A stretch of 15,392 nucleotides of DNA, from contig JBMFOM010000040.1 in NCBI GenBank assembly GCA_049969615.1, positions 1-15,392 on the forward strand. Direction: 5' to 3'. Below, in pieces: positions 6,238 through 14,255 of the stretch. Position 1 is the stretch's first letter. Each line of letters starts with the position of its first letter. The notes beneath the pieces are model-generated. The model was not told the DNA's origin. It was given only the letters and a program-made list of their open reading frames with translations, and ran no database searches. Made by a program: the position numbers and the translations under genes. The DNA is from a candidate division WOR-3 bacterium. GTDB taxonomy: Bacteria; Hydrothermota; Hydrothermia; JBDRYB01.

Positions 6238-7170
6238 GTGAAAAAGCCCCTAGTGTCGGTTGTAGTTTCCCTCTACAACAAGGGCGAGCTCGTCAAAAGG
6301 GCGATTGAAAGCGTCCTTTGCCAAACATTCCAGGACTTTGAAGTTGTGGTTGTGGACGATTGCTCGGTTGACTCCGGGCCAGATACGGTAGCCCGTATAG
6401 CTGATCCCAGGATAAGGCTTTTGAAGACCAACAGAAATTCTGGCCCCTCCGTGGCCAGGGACACCGGGATCATGGTATCCTTGGGTGAGTTCATTGCCTT
6501 TCTTGACGCGGACGATGAGTGGCGACCGGGGTTCCTTGAGGCCTGTGTCAGATTCATGAAGAGGTATCCGGAGGCCGGGTTCGTTGCCACGGGATACGAG
6601 ATATGGCAGAAAGGGGCCCGGCATTCCGTCGTTATGGACGCGCGCGAGGGGATAGTTGAAACCCCCTTCATGGTATGGAGAAAGACCTTCTTTGTCGGGA
6701 CTTCCGCGGTGTTCATCAAAAAGGAGGCTTATTTCGGAGCCGGCGGTTTTGACGAGAGGCTAAGGTGGGGTGAGGACATCAACCTCTGGATAAAGGTTGC
6801 CATGAGATACCCAATGGGCTATATTCCGGAGACCTTAGCGATCTATCACCAGGAACACCCGAACAGGGAAAGCGCCAGGTGGTTTTTGGGGAAACCCAAA
6901 CCCTGGATATTTTCCGAGGAGTTCATGCCTGTGCCAGAAGACTTCAGGAAAAGCCCCCTTTACGAGAGCTTTCTGGAACTCAGGGCTATTGACGCCGATC
7001 GCTACATGAGGGCGTGGTTATCCATGGGAAGGCTTTGTTATGCCAGGAGATTCGCCAGACAGCACTGCCTCGGATTTTGGCGCCCTTTTTTTCAGGAACT
7101 GCCTAACCTGGCCCGCAATCTCAGAGTCGTGTTCGTGGCCTGGCTGAGGAACAGGTTGCTGGGTCGCTGA
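6238..7170 (+). CDS. Glycosyltransferase family 2 (GT-A fold)
   Basis: PLVSVVVSLYN, VVVDDCSVD, NSGPSVARDTG, FIAFLDADD, GGFDE....GED. Start reassigned from 6172 to the in-frame GTG at 6238, which is 7 nt after TATAAT (6225-6230) and directly before the domain start. Confidence 0.92.
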   Translation: MKKPLVSVVVSLYNKGELVKRAIESVLCQTFQDFEVVVVDDCSVDSGPDTVARIADPRIRLLKTNRNSGPSVARDTGIMVSLGEFIAFLDADDEWRPGFLEACVRFMKRYPEAGFVATGYEIWQKGARHSVVMDAREGIVETPFMVWRKTFFVGTSAVFIKKEAYFGAGGFDERLRWGEDINLWIKVAMRYPMGYIPETLAIYHQEHPNRESARWFLGKPKPWIFSEEFMPVPEDFRKSPLYESFLELRAIDADRYMRAWLSMGRLCYARRFARQHCLGFWRPFFQELPNLARNLRVVFVAWLRNRLLGR

Positions 7171-7230
7171 TTTATCCAGATGATCCCTCTGGTTCGCCTT
7201 TCAATCTGGGTTTAATACCGGCAAATGCGG

Positions 7231-8280
7231 CTATTTTACTGAGTCCCTCATGCTCCTGGGGAACAGTCCCTTGAACCCTGCAAGAAGCGCTGTTTCCGCG
7301 GATATATAGCGCTCCAGAATCGCCTCCTCCGCAACCCTTGCGCCCAGAAGGAGCTCGTCTATCTGACCAGCGCTGAGATTCTTTGATATAGCCTCAACGG
7401 AGCCCCTCATGTCCAGGTTTGTCACCAGCTCGCTCGCACCCTCCTTAATCACCCTGGCGTCTCTCAGAAGCGAACAATACACCGTGAGAAATGTCTCCGC
7501 GAGGTCCCTGTCCCTGCCGATAAATGAGATTACCTGGCCCATGGCCTCCCTGTCGCCGGAGAGCACAGCCACAGCGCCCTTCCTGATGTATTTGAGATGC
7601 GGGCCGAGAAAACGTTTTGCCATACCTATTGATCCCTCCGAGAGCCTGTGCAAAACAGGCACAGGTATGTCAGCACTGAAATCGTAGCGCGAGAAATCCT
7701 CCAGGCTAAGGGTGAAGAACCTCACCCGCCGTGCCCTTGAGAGTATGGTCGGTAGGATTAGCCTGGGGAAAGATGAGACCATCAGGAATGTTGTCCTGCC
7801 AGAAGCCCCTCCTTCCTCAAGGGTCTTGAGGAACGCGTTCTGTGCCTCTGGCCTCAGGGGGTCCATGAGATCACCGTCAAGAATTACTATGAACCTTTGC
7901 TTTGCTTCAAACGGTGGCTTCTTTGCTTCCTCACCAACTGCCCTTACCTGCGCTATTGTTATCTTGCCCTGCCTGGAGAAGTCCTCCGGCCTTATGTGCG
8001 GCCTTCCGGGTGAAAGGGTGGATTTCTCTGGGGCTAGCACGAGGAAATCCGGATGATTGAAGGAGAAAACCCTTTTGCAGTTGACACACTCCCTACAAGG
8101 CCTGATCTCAGAGTGCTCGCAAAGCGCCGCCGCGACAACCTCGTGCGCGAGGGTTGCCTTTCCGACGCCTAGAGGGCCCTCCAGCAGATATAATGGGGTG
8201 AAGGCTTCTTTGAGTATCACATTGGCAAATACGCTCTTGGGATAATCATTTCCGAGAACCCGAAAATCTATTTTGACCAC
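7231..8280 (-). CDS. holB: DNA polymerase III delta-prime subunit
   Basis: YLLEGPLGVGKAT P-loop, zinc module C-x7-C-x2-C-x2-C (CEHSEIRPCRECVNC), HPDF, ITIAQVR, AQNAFLKTLEE, ILPTILSR. 349 aa fits delta-prime rather than tau. Confidence 0.88.
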   Translation of the reverse strand: MVKIDFRVLGNDYPKSVFANVILKEAFTPLYLLEGPLGVGKATLAHEVVAAALCEHSEIRPCRECVNCKRVFSFNHPDFLVLAPEKSTLSPGRPHIRPEDFSRQGKITIAQVRAVGEEAKKPPFEAKQRFIVILDGDLMDPLRPEAQNAFLKTLEEGGASGRTTFLMVSSFPRLILPTILSRARRVRFFTLSLEDFSRYDFSADIPVPVLHRLSEGSIGMAKRFLGPHLKYIRKGAVAVLSGDREAMGQVISFIGRDRDLAETFLTVYCSLLRDARVIKEGASELVTNLDMRGSVEAISKNLSAGQIDELLLGARVAEEAILERYISAETALLAGFKGLFPRSMRDSVK

Positions 8281-8285
8281 GGCAA

Positions 8286-8315
8286 ATTATCCTGCAGCGC
8301 GGAACGCGAGTTCAA
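8286..8315 (-). promoter_or_regulatory. sigma70-type promoter for holB, apparently leaderless
   Basis: Minus strand TTGAAC (8315-8310), 18 nt, GATAAT (8291-8286), 5 nt, GTG (8280). Confidence 0.6.
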
Positions 8316-8410
8316 GCATGGGCACGGCTAGGGTATTTAGAGATTGAAACCCCTTGAAAAATCATAGTTTGTCCTCTGTCCCGGAACCTCATCCATCTAA
8401 AAGATAACCC

Positions 8411-8584
8411 TGAGGAAATGCTATTGTTGCGGGATTTTTCAGGGGACCCTTCTAGAATCCCGTTCCCTTAGACAAAATGCTCCTCCCCCAACTAGCAAGT
8501 TATCGCTACTTTATCAAAGGTCTCATGTGAGATCTCAGCTCCACAAATATTTGATCCTACGGGGGAAATTAGGTTATAATTTTG
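8411..8584 (-). repeat. Dispersed non-coding repeat, copy B (inverted relative to copy A)
   Basis: Reverse complement of 8411-8524 is about 88% identical to 217-332. Similarity extends through the promoter to about 8584, with a short insertion around 8525-8541. Confidence 0.92.
8551..8580 (+). promoter_or_regulatory. sigma70-type promoter for the TonB-dependent receptor
   Basis: TTGATC (8551-8556), 18 nt, TATAAT (8575-8580). SD AGGAGG at 8598-8603. Confidence 0.8.
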
Positions 8585-8610
8585 ATATGGAGGTGCAAGG
8601 AGGTTGAGAT

Positions 8611-10620
8611 ATGCTGTTATATGTGCTGTTCTCAGCGATCCTCTCCGGGAGGGTCCTGGACTCGGAAAACGGCTACCCAGTAGCCGGCGCGACGGTGATT
8701 CTGGAAGGCGAGGACCGTGGCACCTACACGGATGACAGGGGCCTCTTCGTCATCAAGGACACGCCGGAGCGCGCGCTTCGCCTGGTAATACGGAGAATAG
8801 GATATGAGGACAAGACCATGGACATAGGCGGCCCGTCCACGGACATCCTGGTTGAGGTGAAGCCCACCGGCGTCCTGAGCAGGGAAATAGTGGTCACGGG
8901 AACCGCAGTTCCCCATGTCGTAGGCGAGTCTCCGGTTCCGGTTCAGGTTGTTTCTAGGGCCAAGCTGGATGCCGCGAACCAAACCTCTGTCCCGGACGCG
9001 ATGAGGCTCCTTCCTGGCCTCAGCATATCCGGTGGCGCACCCTACGGCGCATCGGGGCGATTCACGGTGATGTTCCAGGGTCTGCCCGCGCAATATACCT
9101 TAGCTTTGCTTGATGGAAAGCGGCTCCTCTCTGACCACATACACACCGGGGTCAATATATCCATGATTCCCGTTCTCCTGGTAGAGAGGATAGAGGTGGT
9201 TGAAGGTCCCGCGTCCGCTCTCTACGGCTCGGATGCTCTGGGAGGCGTGATCAATGTGATAACCACGAAGCCTTCCCCGGTGCCAACCTATGCGTTCAGG
9301 TCATACTACGGGACATACGGCAACCTTGAGGCCGCGGGCGCGTTTGGTGGCGCTGGGCCCGCCGGCTCTGTCTACCTCTTATCCCTGGGCCAGCGTTCCT
9401 TCGGCGGCAAGGAACCGGGACAGCGCTACCAGAGGCTGAACTCGTCCATCAGGAGCTCCTGGAAGTGGTTCTCGGTCAATGGGGACTATCTCCAGGGCGA
9501 TGGCGGGCTTAATGCGGACGGTCTGCCAACCGAGCGCTGGTGGAATCCAATCCTGGAGGCCAAGGCCACCCTAATGACCGGGGAATCCCAGCACGAGATA
9601 GCCGGATACTTCAACCACTTCTACAGGATCTATAAGTCCGGCGCCGCACAGGAGGAGAACTTTGTGGGAGAGGTCAACCTGAAGTCCCATTTCCACCTCG
9701 GTTTTAACCAGCTGAGCCTGGGGGGAGCCGTCCGGAACAACTACTTTGAGCGCATCTTTACCCCATACCACTCCGAGATGATCTATGGTGTGTTCGCGGA
9801 GGACGAGGTGAAGCCCGCCGAGGCCCTGGGCCTCATCGCGGCAACCAGGCTTGATTATTACCCCGTGGGTGGACTGCAGTTCACGCCAAAGGCTGGCGCT
9901 CTGTTTAAGGCCAGCAGATGGCTCAACATCAGGGCCTCAGTCGGCAGGGGATTCAGGGCCCCCAGTCTCCAGGACAGGTATGAGGAGCTCTACTTCCACG
10001 ATACCTTCTACAGGAATGGTAATCCAGACCTGAAGCCAGAGGTTTCCATGAACTATTCCGGTGGGTTTGAGGTTTTACCCACTGGCTTCCTGGCAATGGG
10101 CTTTTCCGGCTTCTACAACGATGTCACAAACATGATAAGCATAGCGCCAACGGGCGACTCCCTCAACGGGTTGCCCATCCTTGAGCGCCAGAACATAGCA
10201 TCAGCTTACACCTACGGGTTCTCCGTCAGGGCGCAGGCAGAGACCAGGTTCATCTCCGGGGCCATCTCCTACACATACCTGATAGCACGCAACGCGGAGA
10301 ATGACATGCCGCTCGCTTACGAGCCGAAGCACTCCATCGGGGGCCAGCTGACCCTTGAATACAGAAACGCCGGCCTGAGCCTCACAGGCGAGTGGGCAAA
10401 GGACCGCGGGTATTACGCTGAGGAGGACGAGGAGTATAAGACGCTTCCGGACTACACCCTCGTCAACCTGAACCTTTTCGCGAGGCCTCTCAACGGCGTG
10501 CAGGTCAACTTCGGCATACAGAATCTCCTTGACCAGGAATACTTCACATACGGCGACGAGGGCGAGGCGCCGCAAGGCCTTGGGAGAACCATGGGTGGCG
10601 GCATAAATGTTAGGTTCTAG
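8611..10620 (+). CDS. TonB-dependent outer-membrane receptor (BtuB/CirA-like) with N-terminal carboxypeptidase-regulatory-like domain
   Basis: LSGRVLD...P..GATV...G.YTD..G.F, TonB box EIVVTGT, plug motif VERIEVVEGPASALYGSDALGGVINVIT, GFRAPS, GNPDLKPE, GIQNLLD..Y, C-terminal Phe. Substrate unknown. Confidence 0.95.
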   Translation: MLLYVLFSAILSGRVLDSENGYPVAGATVILEGEDRGTYTDDRGLFVIKDTPERALRLVIRRIGYEDKTMDIGGPSTDILVEVKPTGVLSREIVVTGTAVPHVVGESPVPVQVVSRAKLDAANQTSVPDAMRLLPGLSISGGAPYGASGRFTVMFQGLPAQYTLALLDGKRLLSDHIHTGVNISMIPVLLVERIEVVEGPASALYGSDALGGVINVITTKPSPVPTYAFRSYYGTYGNLEAAGAFGGAGPAGSVYLLSLGQRSFGGKEPGQRYQRLNSSIRSSWKWFSVNGDYLQGDGGLNADGLPTERWWNPILEAKATLMTGESQHEIAGYFNHFYRIYKSGAAQEENFVGEVNLKSHFHLGFNQLSLGGAVRNNYFERIFTPYHSEMIYGVFAEDEVKPAEALGLIAATRLDYYPVGGLQFTPKAGALFKASRWLNIRASVGRGFRAPSLQDRYEELYFHDTFYRNGNPDLKPEVSMNYSGGFEVLPTGFLAMGFSGFYNDVTNMISIAPTGDSLNGLPILERQNIASAYTYGFSVRAQAETRFISGAISYTYLIARNAENDMPLAYEPKHSIGGQLTLEYRNAGLSLTGEWAKDRGYYAEEDEEYKTLPDYTLVNLNLFARPLNGVQVNFGIQNLLDQEYFTYGDEGEAPQGLGRTMGGGINVRF

Positions 10621-10644
10621 ATAAGCGCAATTCCTCGGAAAACC

Positions 10645-10667
10645 AGGGGCCTTTCGGCCTCTTTTTT
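10645..10667 (+). terminator. Rho-independent terminator
   Basis: AGGGGCC-TTTC-GGCCTCT followed by a T tract, 24 nt after the receptor stop. Confidence 0.85.
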
Positions 10668-10686
10668 GATACTGACAGCATCGTGG

Positions 10687-10716
10687 TTGTCCTGGTGCGA
10701 GGGGGCCCGGTATAAT
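10687..10716 (+). promoter_or_regulatory. sigma70-type promoter for nfnAB
   Basis: TTGTCC (10687-10692), 18 nt, TATAAT (10711-10716). SD AAGGAG at 10732-10737. Confidence 0.75.
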
Positions 10717-10743
10717 ATCAGAGCTAATCAAAAGGAGCCAGAA

Positions 10744-11589
10744 ATGCCCTACAGGATCCTCAAAAAGGAAACCCTGGCGCCCCAGATCAAGCTCATGGAG
10801 ATAGAAGCACCCTATGTGGCTCGGGTGGCTCGTCCGGGCCAGTTCATTGTCCTGCGGATACACGAGCAGGGCGAACGAATTCCCATCACCATAGGCAAGG
10901 CGGACAGGGAAAAAGGAACTTTGACCATAGCTTTCCAGGAGGTCGGCAAGACAACCTTTCAGCTGGGAACACTTGAGGCCGGAGACGAGCTTCTGGATGT
11001 CGTCGGCCCCCTCGGTAAGGCTTCCGAGATAGAGAAATTCGGCACCGTAGTTGCTATCGGCGGCGGAATAGGCGTTCCCCTGCTGTATCCCATAGTCAAG
11101 GCGCTCAAGGAAGCAGGCAACTGGATAATCATGATAGAAGGAGCCAGGTGCGCGGAGCTCCTGGTACTAGAGGACTGGTTCAGGCCCATAGTGGATGATC
11201 TCAGGATAACCACTGACGATGGTTCCCGCGGCAGAAAGGGTTTTGTCTCGGATGAGCTCAAAGACATCCTGGAATCCGGAGAGAAGGTTGATAGGGTAAT
11301 TGCCGTGGGTCCGGCCATAATGATGAAGGTTGTGTCTGAGTTGACCAGGCCCTACGGGATACCGACCATAGTCTCCCTGAACTCCATAATGGTTGACGGG
11401 ACAGGGATGTGTGGCGCGTGTAGGGTTGAACTGGACGGCAAAACGAAGTTCGCTTGCGTTGACGGCCCGGAGATGGACGGCCACAAGGTTGACTTTGATC
11501 TTCTGATGAAGAGGCTGGACGCGTATAAAGCCATGGAAAAGGAGTCCCTGGAGCTCTTCCTGAAGACCAAGGAGGCTAGAAATGCCTGA
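10744..11589 (+). CDS. nfnA: NfnA/SudB-type FAD and [2Fe-2S] subunit (ferredoxin-NADP reductase/PyrK-like)
   Basis: Start reassigned to ATG 10744 after the SD; 281 aa. PGQF..LR....GERIP.TI, GPLG, GGGIG, TDDGS.G.KG.V, MVDGTGMCGACRV...FACVDGPE. Overlaps the downstream large subunit. Confidence 0.9.
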   Translation: MPYRILKKETLAPQIKLMEIEAPYVARVARPGQFIVLRIHEQGERIPITIGKADREKGTLTIAFQEVGKTTFQLGTLEAGDELLDVVGPLGKASEIEKFGTVVAIGGGIGVPLLYPIVKALKEAGNWIIMIEGARCAELLVLEDWFRPIVDDLRITTDDGSRGRKGFVSDELKDILESGEKVDRVIAVGPAIMMKVVSELTRPYGIPTIVSLNSIMVDGTGMCGACRVELDGKTKFACVDGPEMDGHKVDFDLLMKRLDAYKAMEKESLELFLKTKEARNA

Positions 11590-13102
11590 GGAGAAAAAGA
11601 GAAGAAGGGGCAAGCCGACCCCCAAAAAGACCCCAATGAGGGAGCGCGAGCCCCTTGAGAGAATAAAGCACTTTTTTGAGGTTCCATACGGATATAGCCC
11701 AGAGGAAGCCATCCAAGAGGCCCAGCGTTGCCTGATGTGCCCCAGACCGTTTTGTATAGATGGCTGTCCTGTTGAGATAGACATACCCGGGTTTATTGAT
11801 CTCATCGTTCAAAAGGACTTCCTCGGCGCATTGCTCAAGATAAAGGAGACAAACTCCCTTCCGGCCATATGCGGCAGGGTTTGCCCACAGGAGGAACAGT
11901 GCGAGGTCAAGTGCGTCCTCACCAAGCGCTGGGAACCTGTCGCCATTGGCAGGCTTGAGAGATTCGTGGCGGACTATGTCGCGGAGCACGGCCTTGAACC
12001 GCCCCCACCCATCCCTGAACCCAACGGCTACAAAGTGGCAATTGTGGGTTCAGGCCCAGCCGGCCTCACCATTGCGGGGATGATGGCCCAGTGGGGCTAC
12101 AAAGCGGTCATATATGAGGCACTGCACGAGCCAGGCGGAGTCCTAACCTATGGAATCCCAGATTTCCGTCTCCCACCAGAGGTTACCAGGCGTGAGATAA
12201 ACGACCTCAAGAAGCTCGGCGTTGAGATAATCACTAACTTCATTGTTGGCAGGACAGCCACGGTTGACCAGCTTTTGACCGAGTTTGGATACGACGCGGT
12301 TTTTCTCGGCACCGGCGCTGGACTGCCCCGTTTCATGGATATACCGGGCGAGAACCTGGTCGGGATATACTCAGCCAATGAGTTCCTGACGAGGGTCAAT
12401 CTGATGAAGGCCTATAAGTTCCCGGAATACGATACCCCTGTCCTAAAGGGCAAGCGCGTCGCCACCATAGGCGCTGGGAATGTGTCAATGGACTCCGCAC
12501 GCTGTGCATTGCGCTTGGGCGCTGATGAATCCCTAATAATCTATAGGCGTTCAGCCGAAGAGATGCCCGCGCGCATAGAGGAGATCCACCATGCAGAGGA
12601 AGAGGGTGTCAAGTTCCACCTCCTCACGCTTCCCATTGAATACAAAGGCGACGAGCGTGGTTGGGTCAAGAAAATAGTCCTCCAGAAACAGGAGCTCGGC
12701 GAGCCGGATGAATCCGGAAGGCGAAGGCCTGTCCCGGTCAAGGGTTCGGAGTATGAGATGGATGTTGATGTCGTCGTGGTCGCGATAGGGCAGGTTCCAA
12801 CCCCCTTGATCCACCAGTCTCAGCCGGATATAGCAATAACCAAATGGAACACCATAGACGCGAACTACGAGACCGGCGCCACGACAAAGCCGGGCGTCTT
12901 TGCTGGCGGGGACTGCATCCGCGGCGCCGCGACCGTTATACTGGCCATGGGTGACGCACGCAAGGCCGCCTACGCCATGGACTATTACATAAAGAACAAG
13001 AACAAACCCGGAATCTGGGACGAGCTCAGATCTGCCAAAGAGAGCTACGTGCCCAAGAGGGAACCAGCAGAAGAGCCAGAGGAAGAGGAACCAGAGGCAT
13101 AG
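11582..13102 (+). CDS. nfnB: NfnB/SudA-type large subunit (glutamate synthase beta-chain-like, often annotated NADPH-dependent glutamate synthase)
   Basis: RCLMC...FCIDGCP and ICGRVCPQEEQCE..C [4Fe-4S] motifs, AIGRLERFVAD, GSGPAGL, YGIPDFRLP, GAGNVSMD, YRR, GVFAGGD...GAATVILAMG. Paired with nfnA, with no gltB alongside. Confidence 0.9.
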   Translation: MPEEKKRRRGKPTPKKTPMREREPLERIKHFFEVPYGYSPEEAIQEAQRCLMCPRPFCIDGCPVEIDIPGFIDLIVQKDFLGALLKIKETNSLPAICGRVCPQEEQCEVKCVLTKRWEPVAIGRLERFVADYVAEHGLEPPPPIPEPNGYKVAIVGSGPAGLTIAGMMAQWGYKAVIYEALHEPGGVLTYGIPDFRLPPEVTRREINDLKKLGVEIITNFIVGRTATVDQLLTEFGYDAVFLGTGAGLPRFMDIPGENLVGIYSANEFLTRVNLMKAYKFPEYDTPVLKGKRVATIGAGNVSMDSARCALRLGADESLIIYRRSAEEMPARIEEIHHAEEEGVKFHLLTLPIEYKGDERGWVKKIVLQKQELGEPDESGRRRPVPVKGSEYEMDVDVVVVAIGQVPTPLIHQSQPDIAITKWNTIDANYETGATTKPGVFAGGDCIRGAATVILAMGDARKAAYAMDYYIKNKNKPGIWDELRSAKESYVPKREPAEEPEEEEPEA

Positions 13103-13122
13103 CAAAATTCACACACGAGATC

Positions 13123-13150
13123 AGGGGCCGGTCTCCCGGCCCTTTTTGTT
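13123..13150 (+). terminator. Rho-independent terminator
   Basis: GGGCCGG-TCTC-CCGGCCC followed by TTTTTGTT, after the nfnB stop. Confidence 0.88.
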
Positions 13151-13260
13151 GTCTATGGATTGACGAGGTGCCTATCAGCCTATCCGGATAGCCGAACCGA
13201 AAACCCTACCCGCGCTGAGCTGGGGAGGCTCTTTCCCGCCCATTTTGAGTCAATAGGCCT

Positions 13261-14154
13261 TTATCCGTTTTCCCTGATTCCCATCAGAAAGGCTATGTTC
13301 GCTCCTTTGTCCGTGTATGGCTCCAGTTTCCCTGGAACCCCTGTTGTCAAAAGGGTTGTTACCCCTGGCCCGTGACCAGCGACCAGGCATGCAGAGTGAA
13401 CAATAACCCCAACGGAAACCGCCCCTTTTTTGTATATTCTGCCATAGGTATGATCCGCATCAAGTACGGCAACGATGTCCCCGAACCTGAGATCCGAAAG
13501 CCCGAATTTCTTGACCGTATCATCGTCAAAAAGCTGTATGTCATAATCCCCTGTCCAGACGTGGTCACTGCCGAGGCCAGAACCCATTATCTCACCGGGT
13601 ATGAGCTTTGCCACCCCAACAGCAAGCCCGTCACCCTTTTTCTTTATGGGCAACTTTGCGAGGAGCCTGGGGTCAAGGTTACGGACTGCTATCTCTGGAT
13701 AGTCCAACAGTTCAAGGCCCTGACCATATGCCTTGACGAGGATCTTGTCCCCTATGACGAGTTTATCAAGCGTCTCCGGCGGGAAATCAATGAGCACATG
13801 CTCTATGCCTCCGTGTTTTCCAGTGACAACACCTCTGGCACCTTTGGCGTCTCCGGAAACGACCACGGCTTCGTTGCCGACGCAACTAAGAGCGTTGTAG
13901 GCGGAATTGTAGGCTGACGCATCCCCATCAAATTTGTCTGTGTTCCTGGTTGATACGCCCGGTTCAACATGGTCACCGGCCAGGCCTACACAGGGGTCGC
14001 CAACCCTCTTGTTATATGTTATTCCGCCAACCCCGGGCAAAACCTTTATCTTACCGTCGTGGGTCACGAGATATGGCTTGGCGCCCTTGACTGGATGGGC
14101 AACATGGCCCATCACTGACATGATAACGAGGTCTTTTTCGTTTGTTCTGAGCAT
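13261..14154 (-). CDS. DUF4438 family protein (function unknown)
   Basis: M.RTN...LV..SV.G...HP, LPGVGGITYN..VGD, GDHVEPGVS, CVGN.A.V.SG.AKG..G.VTGKHGG.EH, MGSGLG....GDYDI, GHGPGVT. SD GAGGGG 6 nt upstream. Confidence 0.85.
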   Translation of the reverse strand: MLRTNEKDLVIMSVMGHVAHPVKGAKPYLVTHDGKIKVLPGVGGITYNKRVGDPCVGLAGDHVEPGVSTRNTDKFDGDASAYNSAYNALSCVGNEAVVVSGDAKGARGVVTGKHGGIEHVLIDFPPETLDKLVIGDKILVKAYGQGLELLDYPEIAVRNLDPRLLAKLPIKKKGDGLAVGVAKLIPGEIMGSGLGSDHVWTGDYDIQLFDDDTVKKFGLSDLRFGDIVAVLDADHTYGRIYKKGAVSVGVIVHSACLVAGHGPGVTTLLTTGVPGKLEPYTDKGANIAFLMGIRENG

Positions 14155-14172
14155 CTTGATCCCCTCAAAGAA

Positions 14173-14203
14173 AATTTAACGGCATTTGTATTCCCCTCAT
14201 CAA
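14173..14203 (-). promoter_or_regulatory. Probable sigma70-type promoter for the DUF4438 gene
   Basis: Minus strand TTGATG (14203-14198), 19 nt, TAAATT (14178-14173); or 18 nt with TTAAAT. Confidence 0.5.
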
Positions 14204-14255
14204 GCGCACGGGACAGAATCCGCGATCTCAAAACATGAGGCGCTTTCATCCATCC

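Noticed and set aside
8605-8607. Selenocysteine or TGA readthrough extending the receptor N-terminus
   Set aside because: No SECIS-like hairpin is evident, TGA is used as a normal stop elsewhere in the window, and a strong SD supports ATG 8611.
8380-8610. Cobalamin riboswitch upstream of the BtuB-like receptor
   Set aside because: The TAAGGGAAC-like stretch is on the wrong strand, the B12-box and other core motifs are absent, and the promoter is only 30 nt from the start codon.
11582-13102. True glutamate synthase (gltD)
   Set aside because: No large subunit gltB is adjacent, and pairing with the PyrK-like subunit indicates NfnAB/SudAB.
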